Shown piece by piece: positions 21,401 to 33,061 of a DNA stretch of 64,000 bases (position 1 is the first letter of the stretch; every line of letters starts with the position of its first letter). Both the position numbers and the translations under genes were made by a program. The DNA is from Macrostomum lignano (taxonomy: Eukaryota): assembly GCA_002269645.1 (NCBI GenBank), contig NIVC01000666.1, forward strand, positions 310,001 to 374,000. Direction: 5' to 3'. The notes below the pieces were generated by a model. The model saw only the letters and a program-made list of their open reading frames with translations, had not been told where the DNA came from and ran no database searches.

Positions 21401-24400
21401 TCCTAATCCCAAATCCCAGAATCCGAATCCTAATCCCAAATCCCGAATCCTAATCCTAATCCCAAATCCCGAATCCTAATCCCAAATCCCGAATCCTAAT
21501 TCCAAATCTCAGATCCCGAATCCTAATCCCAAATCCCAGGTTCCGAATCCTAATCCCAAATCCCAGGTTCCGAATTCTAATCCCAAATCCCGAATCCTAA
21601 TCCCAAATCTCAGATCCGGGATCCCAGGTTCCGAATCCTAATCGCAAATCTCAGATCCGGGATCCCAGGTTCCGAATCCTAATCCCAAATCCCGAATTTT
21701 AATCCCTAATCCCGAATCATAATCCCAAATCTCAGATCCCGAATCCCAGGTTCCAAATCCTAATCCCAAATCTCAAATCCCCTAATCCCAGGTTCCGAAT
21801 CCTAATCCCAAATCTCAGATCCCGAATCCCAGGTTCCGAATCCTAATCCCAAATCTCAGATCCCGAATCCTAATCCCAAATCTCAGATCCCGAATCCCAG
21901 GTTCCGAATCCTAATCCCAAATCCCAGGTTCCGAATCCTAATCCCCGAACCCCAGATCTCGAATTCTAATCCCGGAATCCCCTATTGAATCTTAATTTCC
22001 GAATCCCAGTGATTCCTCGCATCCTATATCCCGAATTATTAATGTCCCGAGGACCCAAATCCCTATTTATTGAATTTCATATCTCTAGAGCGCCGGAAGC
22101 CCAAGTAAGCCTGCCACAAACCTGGGTGTAGTCGCGACTAGCCGCGGCCGCAGCAGCCGCCAGTCCGGGCTGACGCACCGAGCTGCAGGCGTCCACAGCT
22201 CGGGCCAGGCAGCCTACCGACCGAGCCACCAGCAGGTACTTGTCAATGTCGGCATCGGACAGGCCGTGATCTGGCCGCCAGACCAGCTCCTCCAGCTGGG
22301 CCAGGTCGCGGCCGTCGGATTCTCCGTCGCCTAGCAACGGTTGAACCTCGGCCTGGTAGCGGCCGCCGACCCGGATTTCGCCGCGATCGGCCAGTAAACT
22401 CTTCTGCGCGGTGTCGTAGGTCAGGGTGTAATAAAAGGCGTCGTCCCTGGCCAGATAGGAGGTCAGGGCCTCGGTCTCGTTCAGCAGGGTCACGGCGCAC
22501 TTTCCCCGGATGGTTGTGGCCGGTAGGGTCTCCACCTGGCGGGATAGGAACAGCTCTCGATGGCGCAGCTGGTGCCGCTGAACTTCCGTGAGGCTTCCGC
22601 CGCTGGGCTCGGAGCTGGCCGCCTCGGCTTCGCCAGCTGCCGATGGCTCATCGTCCAGGCCTAGGGGAGGAGGGAAGACTCTATTAGGCACGGCTCGTCT
22701 GTAGGAAGCTTTTCTGGCGGAGAGATGCTCCCCGAGAGGTGCTTTCGTCTGCTGTCAGTCGGTCGGTCGAGGTTTAATGTGATGCCTGCCAGTCTCACAC
22801 TGTCTATTTGCCAGTCTCACACTGCCTATTTGCCAGTCTCACTGTGTGTTTGCCAGTCTCACACTGTCTATTTGCCAGTCTCACTGTCTATTTTCCAGTC
22901 TCACTGTGTGTTTGCCAGTGTCACAGTTTGCCAGTCTCACTGTGTGTTTGCCAGTCTCACCTTGTCTATTTGCCAGTCTCACTGTCTGTTTGCCAGTCTC
23001 ACTGACAGGGTCCAGCGAGATTAACCAGCCTTAAGCTTGATTTTGAACCGTGCGAAATTACGATAAATAAACAAGTCGGCTGTGGATCGTCTGTCTCTTC
23101 TCACAGTTTGTCTATGACAGGCTGTCTGTATCTCTTGACAAGCCAGTTCTTTCTTTGGAGCAGTCTGTCTCATCTTTTGACAAGCCAGTTCTTTTTTTGG
23201 AGCAGGAATAATTGCTTTCGCTAGCTGCTGAAACTTTCCCATTCAATCGGAGTTTCCCATCAGCGCTGGACGAAAATCGAAATCTCGTCTAATGCGAATT
23301 TTTCTCTAACACACGCACTCGGGCGCTACGATGAGGCTCTCTACGTTTACTACCTTTATTCCGGAGTACACAGCATTCAGATAGACCCAAGAGGGTTAAA
23401 ATAGGCAAAATGAGGCTCTCTACTATTCCTGTTGCAGTTTCTCTACATTTTCTGATCTAAATGAAATGATAGGATAGTCGAAAAAAAATGAAAAGCAACG
23501 CTGCTTACTCAGATGCTTGTCAGCTTGGCTAATGAGATTATTAGAAATGTCGCGCCGCCTAAAGAAGCACATAACCTTAGCTTCCACATTGCCAGTTGGG
23601 GTCTTTGTAAGCTCCTCGATACGCCGAATCTGATATGGTCCGGAGGCTGAGGTCTCGAAGTACACATAGTCTGCAATTGAATGGTGTTGCTTCTGCATAT
23701 CAATTGGTGACTGTGCATTGCAGGCATTGCTTGTATTTAAAAACGCTATATTTAAAATTCAGGAAGCAGTGACAACTTGGATATTTTATTCAAGAATCAG
23801 AGTTGCAGTGCCATTTGGCATCCTAGGTCCAAATTCTAAAGTTGGCTAACAAGCCAAATCAAAAATCGGGATGCTAGCTAGCATTAGTCAAAAGTTTATA
23901 ACCAAATAAAATACTAACCATACCCTTTACATTGTTGGGCCTTTGACTTCTCAAGAGTTCTTAATCTTAGTCAAATCTAAGCCTTTGCAGACTCCATATT
24001 TACAGATAACTCAAAATTTACCATGGATTAAGTCTTAAAATCCCAAGAATCCCAATATAAAAGAATTACTTTAAATCCATTTGAATTATATAAAATATAA
24101 CTTAGCTAAAAAGATTTATTTTAAGGAAGTTTTGTACACTGTGATAGGCTTATCATGAGCTAGGTTATAAGAAACAATGTTTTTTGTTAGGTATATATAG
24201 AAAGCAGATTTTGGCCTTTGGGATTTGGTATTATGAAGAGGATGAAGAGTTGAAGGTAAAGAGTTATGTACAATTTTAGCAAAATTTGCACTGGTTTATA
24301 ACTTCTAAAAAATACAGAAAGCCTTCATTGATTATTCTTACATCAAAGAGCAATTTAAAAAAAGTGATAAATAACTATAGAAAGCAACCAATAGAATTTG

Positions 24401-25769
24401 AAATTTTTATAAAAAAAGATTCTTTTAGCCTAACTTATACTATAGTATATAAATTATAGTATATAAATCTTTGATTATAGCTTTTGTTTAGGATATTCTT
24501 TATTTATACATATAGCCATAGGGGGGACACTAAAGACATGCCTCCCTGGGCCCTTGAAAGGGGGGACTTTTTTTGCTTTTGTATTTTGCTTTTATTGCTA
24601 ACATAGGAAATATATTAATATCTTCCCCCTACAACATGAATCCCAACTATGCACCTATATTCCTAAAGGGTTGAAAGGTATAAGCCATCTTTAGGAAAGG
24701 ATTATATTATAAAAACAGACTTTAATTAAGATTTCTACTTATCAAAAAGGATAAAATTACTTTAAAATTACCTAATTGCCTCTAATTATTTATATAAATT
24801 ACCTATTTGCCTTTTAGTCTTACTTTTAGACCTAATTTATAATTCACTAAAATATTATATCAATATATTTTTTTCAAATTTAGCCTTAGCTTGAGGCCTA
24901 ATAGCCATAATAGGTTAGGTTAGGCCTACAAAATTGTATATAACTTTATAAGGTCTAATAGGCATATTATATTTTAATACTATTTTAATTTTAATTTTAG
25001 TTTGCATTCGTAGCTATACAAAAAATAAACCTAGACTTTTACCATTATATGCATAGGCCTAATTTTTATTAGGCCTAAATATCTAGGCCTTTAAATACCA
25101 ACATCTTAACTTAATATCTATAGTTTTAGGCTCTCTAATTTTTATAAAAATGTGTAGGTCTAATATAAATAGTATTTTTAACACTTTAGAATTTAGCTAT
25201 CATATACAGCAGGTTCTATTTATCTAAGGCATGGCCATAGCCCATACCCATAGACATAGGCCATAGGTTCTAGAGATATGTAGATAGGCCTTTGATTCCT
25301 AAATCATTTTGTGAGTGAGACTATTTTAAAAATATTTAGCCTAGGGTGAATAAATAAATCCTATTATCTGCCAAGAGTTCTTAAGGTTAGTCTAGGGCTA
25401 ACATATTCTTCTCATTCTCAACTAACACATTTGCACAGCATTAAGCCTATTCTATCTAGCCTGGCACTCGTTTTGCTCCGTCGTAGCGCTGAAGCAGGGC
25501 AAAAAAAGCTGAAAGGGTAGACTTTGAGGCTCTCTACGTGCGCTCATCAGATAAGAAAAATCCAATGATTTGAAGTGTATTTTTTAAATAAAAGGTAGAT
25601 TATAGAATATCTATCAGAAACAAGAGCAGGAAACTCCTAAACTTGTGCTTGAAACTTTACTAATATGAAATTGTGCTAACAGATTCAATAGAACGCAAAA
25701 ACCTGGGTTAGTAAGCGTGTATAAAGAAATGAGGCTCTTACCTCCGACGCGGTACATGTTAGCAGCCAT
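18410..25769 (-). CDS. mta: Metastasis-associated protein (MTA1/2/3 family, NuRD subunit), 5 exons, ~761 aa
   Basis: Exons 25769-25742 (MAANMYRVG), 23670-23509 (BAH: [16 protein letters not shown]), 22660-22122 (BAH/ELM2: [21 protein letters not shown]), 21186-20881 (SANT: [34 protein letters not shown]) and 19660-18410 ([15 protein letters not shown]-like [20 protein letters not shown]2H2 finger). Phases are consistent (2286 nt). Confidence 0.95.
19640..20780 (-). repeat. 41/42-bp minisatellite derived from the MTA exon-5 acceptor and first codons (two blocks)
   Basis: Minus-strand unit CCCCA(G/T)(G/A)TGTACATTCCCAACTACACGAAGCCC.. matches the start of the last exon. Confidence 0.92.
20168..20460. 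mobile_element. hAT-type MITE (293 bp) inserted in the MTA minisatellite
   Basis: 14-bp TIRs CATACATGCGCAAC / GTTGCGCATGTATG; 8-bp TSD AATGTACA at 20160-20167 and 20461-20468. Confidence 0.85.
21310..22000. repeat. ~20-bp modular minisatellite (CCCGAATCCTAATCCCAAAT and variants) in an MTA intron
   Basis: Shuffled modules GAATCCTAATCCC, AAATCTCAGATCCC and AGGTTCC. Confidence 0.9.
22785..23005. repeat. ~20-24-bp minisatellite (TTTGCCAGTCTCACACTGTC..)
   Basis: About 10 copies of the TTTGCCAGTCTCAC core. Confidence 0.9.
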
Positions 25770-27709
25770 CCTGATGATGAATAAACTGCTGATATTTACT
25801 AACATGCAAGAAAAATGTGAAATATAATAGTCAAATATCCAATTGATGACCAGAAGTTCTCATATATCGTCTTTTTGAGAAAATTCAGACTCCTTTGGCC
25901 GTTCTTCCTCGAAGTCACGTGACCAGACTGTTCCTCGGATATAGCAATAGTTTTCAATTCTGTCGCTCTAGTAATGAGGCTGTTTTATACTAGAGTCTGA
26001 CTTAAAGTAACGCCAACCTACACAAGAGGGGTGGGCCAAACCAGTCCCACAACAAAGATTTAGTTGATACCAATATTGACAAATTAGTTTAAAAAATCAG
26101 TACAATTTAAGAATTTGCTTCTTAAAATTTATATTGTCTATTAAAAAGGCTTTATCAAGCTAAAGTTCACTACTACTCGCTGAATTCTTGGTGGTGGACA
26201 AGATTAGCGAGCATTATTTTTTGAACCACCCCGTTTTCGGCTACCTACATATATGCTACTTGTAAGCACTCTATTAAGTCAAGAATCGAATCATTATCGT
26301 CTCTATTGAAAGAAATGTATTGAATCTCAAAAGGTAACGTTATTTGCTAGATCGGATTGGAAAGCAAACCATTTTGACTTTAGAATTTGGGATAGTAATA
26401 GTTCCACAAATTCTACATGGAAGTTGCGAGAACTCATCGATATCGCGTATGATTTCGCTTAAATGCAATGATTAAAATGATTTCAAATTGACCTAGAAGC
26501 TAAAAGTCGATGTACGAGTATTTTAGCTATTCAATAAGGAAATCAAGAAGCAGGGGCGGACCCGAGGGGCATGGCCCCCCTCATGCCATGCAAAAATTTT
26601 CTTGATCCGTCCATGTCAAGAAGGCCAGCGAAAAATTCCAGCCCCCGTATTTTTGTCCTGCAAGACCTGATAATATAAGATCTCTTTAGAGATTTTTCCC
26701 TTACGGAGTGGGACCTCCATGGTGCAAATATTTTACAGTTAAGCTAGGAGGAGGCAAGAATCTCTCAGCTTTGGCCTTTGGTGCCCCACCTGACTTGACG
26801 TCGGTCACCACTGTAAGAAATCTTTGTTCGGTTCTCCAGCCAATAATGCAGTTGAATCCCCAATTTCTGGTGCTCATCAAGGGCACAAGAAAAGTTACGA
26901 GTAGTTCAGAGACCACACAACTCATTGATGCATTGTCTAGTGGCGCAACCAGGAGGGGGGGTGGTCGCCCCCATCTTAGGCGGAGACCAAGCGAATTTTC
27001 GCCAAAATACAGAGCCACCCCCTTCCGTCCCCCTTGGGTCTTTACCCTCCAGAATCCGCCCCCATCCTCAACAAATTTCTGGGTGCGCATTGTCGCAACA
27101 ACAATGAAAACGTATCACCCACCCATCGAGTTACACTTTAAGGCTCAGTTTTAAAAGGTCTGTCAACTTAAGCTCATAAAGTCGAGTCCATAATTATTCC
27201 CATGCTTCTCCTCCCCTATCCGGCTATCCAAGTCCAATATGCTCGATTTGTCGTTTTTTTGCCAAACCCAGCTTCCTAGTGTCACCGTGAGCAGAATGAC
27301 GTAGCATTTGTGTACATAGGTTACTCAGGCTCCACTTTATGAGCTTAAGTTGACAGGCCCTTTGAACTCAATCGTGCATGTACATTTTGTGGTATTGCGC
27401 GAGCCTAATTTGCCACCCCCCAATATTGCAATGTACTTTATACACGCGTACTGAATAATACAGTGGCCGCGGAAATTGGGTGGGCAATCGTAGCAATTAT
27501 ATTTTCTACCCCCCAACCGCTCCCCTGATTGGCTGATGGCCTGATGCAACGATAGCGAGGTCGATAGCGATCGACAATAGTTTTGTACAGTAATATAAAA
27601 TGAACTGACTGCATTGGAGGCTAGGCAGAAATGGACTCCTTGGACTGAGTTGGCTGCAACAAATACAAATATCAAATCAGAAAAGACTCTATTTCCGATA
27701 AAATCAGTG

Positions 27710-29132
27710 ATGGAAGGCACTCCAAGTTTTGTGCAATTCAACCGTCCATTCCACTATGCTGATGCTGCACCAGCTTCTAGTTCGGTTGCATCGACATCTG
27801 CCACTGCGTCTGCGCCTGTACTGGCACTGCAAGAGACGCCAAAGGCAACGCTACCGAGACGAAGGGCCAATCTCACGGCTGTACAGAGGCGTGAACTTGA
27901 GCGCATGTTTGAGTTGCAAAAGTACCCCGATTATCGAGAGCTGGAGTTGCTTAGCAGAACGATTGGCATTCCCTACAGGAAGGTGTTGGTACGTGACTAT
28001 TCGTGCACCTTGATAAAAATAGTTTTAAGCAATAAAAGTATAGGATGGAGCATTGGAATCGGGGGCAAGACAGATTCGGGTTAAATGGTGGTTTTGCGAC
28101 AAAGTGGAAGTTATCAGACAAGGAGAGGCCGGAAAAGTGGGAATGTTCAGAGAGGGTAAGCCGATCGAAGCAATCAGTTTAAGTGTTTAAAGCTCAGGAT
28201 TGACAGTAAATTTAAATTCTGCGAGATGGGAGTTTGAGTCTGATATTTTATTTGATTAGAAGGAAAAGTGAAAAAGAGTAGCTTGCAAAAGAGGTGGAGG
28301 GTTCAATCAAACAAGGGTTATCAGTAGTTGGAAAGCTAAGGTCAGATATGAGAGGTCAGAGAGAGGGAGTAATGAAACGGAGATCAGAGGAGATTAGAGA
28401 GTTGAGCTCAGCAAGTGATCCGGATCAATGTCTACCTTGTGAATCCAGTGCTTGCCATGGAGTCTGATTGGGATGTCAGATTCAAGACCTTCAATAAAGA
28501 CGTTTTGAGTGATCAGGAATCAGAAGGATTTCCATGAAAGCAATGTTCAATCATCAAACCAATCACCATGCAATCTCCAGATCTGGTTTAAAAACCGACG
28601 GGCCAAGGACCGCCGCGTGCGCAAGGTGGACTACGGGCCCCACGATTTCATTGCCAGCTCCGCTGCTTCCGCCGCTGCCGCAGCCGCTGCCGCAGCAGCT
28701 TCAGGGCCATCGTACTTCCAGAGTCCTAAAAGTCCAATGCAACTGCAGCAGCACTACCAGCAACACCATCAGCATCTGCAGCAGCAGCAGCAGCAGCCGC
28801 AGTCGTATTTTTCCTACTACGGTTCGACATCGTTCCAGAATCCTCAGCCTCCCGGCAGCAGCTATCTGCACCAGCAACCAGGAATGTTTGCCAGTCCGCC
28901 AACGCCGGAATTTTCCACAGCGAGTCCTTCCAATTTGGCGCCAGCTGCATCGTTTTTAGCGCCTTTCAGCCATCAGAATTCCGCGTGTCTGGCTTCCGGC
29001 GAATGGCCGCTGCCGCACCAGTCTTCGCAGTCTCAGCAGCCGCAGCAGCATCAGCCAAGAGTTCGCTACATCGCCGACTTCATCGCCGAGAACAACAGCA
29101 GCACGCCGATGATGCAGTCGCGCATGCCGTAA
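27710..29132 (+). CDS. Divergent PRD-class K50 homeodomain protein (Otx/Gsc/Pitx-type specificity), 2 exons, ~276 aa
   Basis: Exons 27710-27988 and 28581-29132 splice to RRRANLTAVQRRELERMFELQKYPDYRELELLSRTIGIPYRKVL|IWFKNRRAKDRR. The intron lies between homeodomain codons 46 and 47 (PRD hallmark), and residue 50 is Lys. Poly-Ala and poly-Gln C-terminus. Confidence 0.9.
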
Positions 29133-30074
29133 TACGAATCGTTTTGTTTAAATTTACATAGAATTCCCGGTACTGCTAGAAAAGCAAATTAGTGTGATTT
29201 TAGAATTTGTTAACAGTGAAATTCAGTTAACTGGTGCGATATTTGGCTGTCTGTGAGCCTCGACTGAGTGCAGCACAAATCCATTGTTATAGCCAAGCAC
29301 AAATTTTAATAGACTGCACAAAATTGTGGACTTGTTTTTGTTTAAAATAATAATAAATAACGAGAACAGGGGATCCAACGTACAGTGCTAAACCAACACC
29401 CAAAAATGTAATCAGAGATTTCCCTGTTCTCATTACAAGTCCAAGCAGGTATTTTTAGCCTTGTGTCGCATCTTTGTGACCATCACTGTATAGAGCAAAA
29501 AATTATTTTGTTTTAATAATTCAATGGTGATCAATGTCCGCTATTGTCTTGTTTTGAGTTTTATTTCCAAGAAAGTTTTACTGCGCTACCGCCTCCCGTG
29601 GCTTCTGCGGGAGGTGAGCAGCCACACTTTTATCCCCTCGCATTGAGTTCGACAAGTTTTTTAGCGCGAGTGTTTGCATATGGTTTTATAGTGTCTGTAC
29701 TGGCAAGAGTTGCTCTTTCAAGGCCTGTTTTGCCGTGACGTGTTTTCAGTTTCCAAAGGCAAGCATCGCATTCTTTCGAGCCGCAGGGAACTTATTTTAT
29801 ACGCAATTGTTGTTGGAGACCGTAATTTTCAGTCTGGGCTTTACAACGCAGACAAAAGCTGACTTATGCTTTAGGTTCAAGTACTAATTTTGTCACTGCG
29901 ACATGTATGCTGCAGCGCTATATACCAGCATTTATTGAGTTCTAATTAAAAATATAAGAATCATGGCTTCGCAGCAAAAATTATTCCATTCTTGTCTTGG
30001 TTTTGGCGAAGATTTTAGGGATGCAGACTCTTTGATGTCTACGAGTATGAGAGGAAGCTGTAGTAATAAAGACG

Positions 30075-30462
30075 GTCTCTTTGATCTCTAAGAGGAAGCG
30101 GTAGGAATGACGGCGGTCCCTTTGATCTGGATAAAGCAGTAGGAATGACTGCGGTCCCTTTGATCTGGATAAGAGGAAGTGGTAGAAATGACTGCGGTCG
30201 CTTTGATCTCGATGAGAGGAAACGGTAGGAATGACGGCGGTCCCTTTCATCTCGATGAGAGGAAGCGGTAGAAATGACGGCGGTCCCTTTGATCTCGATG
30301 AGAGGAAGCGGTAGGAATGACGGCGGTCGCTTTGATCTCGATGAGAGGAAGCGGTAGGAATGACGGCGGTCCCTTTGATCTCGATGAGAGGAAGCGGTAG
30401 GAATGACGGCGGTCCCTTTGATCTCGATGAGAAGTTGTAGGAATGACGGCGGTCCCTTTCAT
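30075..30462. repeat. 43-bp minisatellite (GATCTCGATGAGAGGAAGCGGTAGGAATGACGGCGGTCCCTTT), ~9 copies
   Basis: Units start at 30291, 30334 and onward. Confidence 0.93.
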
Positions 30463-31204
30463 GTCTTACAAGCCGTGGAAGCGTTAAAAAACAATGAACA
30501 AGAAAGCATCACCTGCGGTTAGTGGAGTGTGATTAAATCTCAAACATCAGCCAGCAGTGTTTTGGCGATTTGAATACAATCGTATTTTATTTCCACAAAG
30601 TTCACTCGCTTATTTACTGATTGAACTACCTGTTTAGTGTAAATTTGCAGACGGTTCGTTCGTTGATCTGCCAAATAAATGGGATCGATTACAGTTCGGG
30701 AATCGGAGAGGGGCTCGGGAATTCGAGTGCGCGACGCAGCAGCAGCACAGGTGTTAATAAACAGGTGATCACAGCAGCAAACAGAGCTTAGCCAGTAGCA
30801 TTAGGAAGGTTTATTTATTGATGAAGGGAGAAAATTTAAATGAAAAAAAGTTGAGAAGCAGAAGGAACAGCAATCAAAAGTGCAAAAATATGAAATATGG
30901 AAATTTGGTTCCATCAGCGGGCAGAGGTCCAGCTCGATTCAGCTGGTGGCCAAACTGTCAAACAAAATGAAAGGGGAATGCAGGGACATCACAGCAGATA
31001 GCTGGCTAGTGTACTGAAATCAAAGGTAAAAATATAAATAAATATGTATATAAGCCTATGTCAGTTATCACACGTTTGGTAAAAGTACATCACACCTAGA
31101 TATGGGCGCGTTATTAGCGAGAGGTTTTATAGAAACTGTGAAAACACATTCGAGTATATGTGGGCGATGCTGGTTAAGTCTGTAAATGATTGATTCTGTA
31201 GCAT

Positions 31205-32015
31205 CCCTTCTCACTCTCCCTCACTCACTCTTCCTCACCCACTCTCCCTCAGTCACTCTCCCTCAGTCACTCTCCCTCAGTCACTCTTCCTCAGTCACTC
31301 TTCCTCAGTCACTCTCCCTCACTCACTCTTCCTCACCCACTCTCCCTCAGTCACTCTCCCTCAGTCACTCTCTCTCACTCACTCTCCCTCAGTCACTCTC
31401 TCTCACTCACTCTCCCTCAGTCACTCTCCCTCAGTCACTCTCTCTCACTCACTCTCCCTCAGTCACTCTCTCTCACTCACTCTCCCTCAGTCACTCTCAC
31501 TCAGTCACTCTCTCTCACTCACTCTCCCTCAGTCACTCTCCCTCAGTCACTCTCTCTCACTCACTCTCTCTCACTCACTCTCCCTCAGTCACTCTCCCTC
31601 AGTCACTCTCACTCAGTCACTCTCTCTCACTCACTCTCCCTCAGTCACTCTCCCTCAGTCACTCTCACTCAGTCACTCTCTCTCACTCACTCTCCCTCAG
31701 TCACTCTCCCTCAGTCACTCTCCCTCAGTCACTCTCTCTCACCCACTCTCCCTCAGTCACTCTCCCTCAGTCACTCTCTCTCACTCACTCTCCCTCAGTC
31801 ACTCTCTCTCACTCACTCTCCCTCAGTCACTCTCCCTCAGTCACTCTCCCTCAGTCACTCTCTCTCACTCACTCTCCCTCAGTCACTCTCTCTCACTCAC
31901 TCTCCCTCAGTCACTCTCTCTCAGTCACTCTCCCTCAGTCACTCTCTCTCAGTCACTCTCCCTCAGTCACTCTCCCTCAGTCACTCTCTCTCACTCACTC
32001 TCCCTCACCCACTCA
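31205..32015. repeat. (CAGTCACTCTCCCT)n / (CACT,CT)-rich 14-bp-type array
   Basis: Explains the spurious SLSHS ORF 31186-32034. Confidence 0.95.
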
Positions 32016-32371
32016 CACACAAATTGTGATTTGATGCCAAAGAGCAAACTTTACCGACACAGCATCTGAAGTAAACAGAACTACATGTAGCTCGTAACAG
32101 TAAAAAATGAGGCTATTCCGGAATGTTTGGTGGAAGACAAAGGTTATTATAAGACACTTTTCAAATGGTATCTTTGGACAAAAAACACGTTGAGACGGGC
32201 TCGTAGTAAAACAAAACTATTCAATGACAGAAACCTCTGAACAGCCAGCTGGGTTGAGAGGAAAAAGTGGGACGCAACAAAACGATTGAGCAGATCAAAC
32301 AGGCTAAAAAATTTTGGGCGTAGCAACCATTTTAAGGCAACAACGATGTCGAAATGAGAATCTAGCCGCCG

Positions 32372-32752
32372 ATGAAATTTTCCACTGCAACGTATCAATG
32401 GAATTTTCCACTGCAACTTATCAATGGAATTTTCCACTGCAACTTATCAATGGAATTTTCCACTGCAACTTATCAATGGAATTTTCCACTGCAACTTATC
32501 AATGGAATTTTCCACTGCAACTTATCAATGGAATTTTCCACTGCAACTTATCAATGGAATTTTCCACTGCAACTTATCAATGGAATTTTCCACTGCAACT
32601 TATCAATGGAATTTTCCACTGCAACTTATCAATGGAATTTTCCACTGCAACTTATCAATGGAATTCCACTGCAACTTATCAATGGAATTTTCCACAGCAA
32701 TATTTCAATGAATTTTCCACTGCAACTTATCAATGGAATTTTCCACTGCAAC
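32372..32752. repeat. 26-bp minisatellite (TGGAATTTTCCACTGCAACTTATCAA), ~14 copies
   Basis: Period 26 (ATG at 32424, 32450 and onward). Confidence 0.95.
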
Positions 32753-33061
32753 ATTATAAGTGAAGCCAGCTAGATCATCAATCGATTCAGCCAAAGGTTG
32801 TGATATACTTTGTATTGACAATGGGGCTAAAACTATTATTTGCATAGTATTAATAACTGTTTGGCAAACGAGCAAGCAAAAAAGGGCACCTGGGAACAAA
32901 TGTGTAAAAATGATTGGCGATTGGCTCACAAGTTCAATGAATCGTTAGTTTGTTCGAAATTTGCTCAGATTTACACAGTGAACGGGGCTGAATCGTAGCA
33001 GGCCTCCCAGTTCCAGCGTACCTACTCAAAGAAAACTATAGGAAACAATGAACTTCAGCGC

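Noticed and set aside
21310-22000. Interstitial telomeric repeat
   Set aside because: It contains CCTAAT/CCCTAA-like words but no tandem (CCCTAA)n run.
23021-23242. KELACQ-repeat ORF as an extra MTA exon
   Set aside because: The flanking exons (23509 and 22660) join in phase without it, and it has no family similarity.
26550-27100. hAT-like MITE ends (CAGGGGCGGA, TAGTGGCGCA) in the MTA-homeobox interval
   Set aside because: The ends are degenerate and could not be paired with a complete TIR plus TSD; the ORFs there show no motifs.
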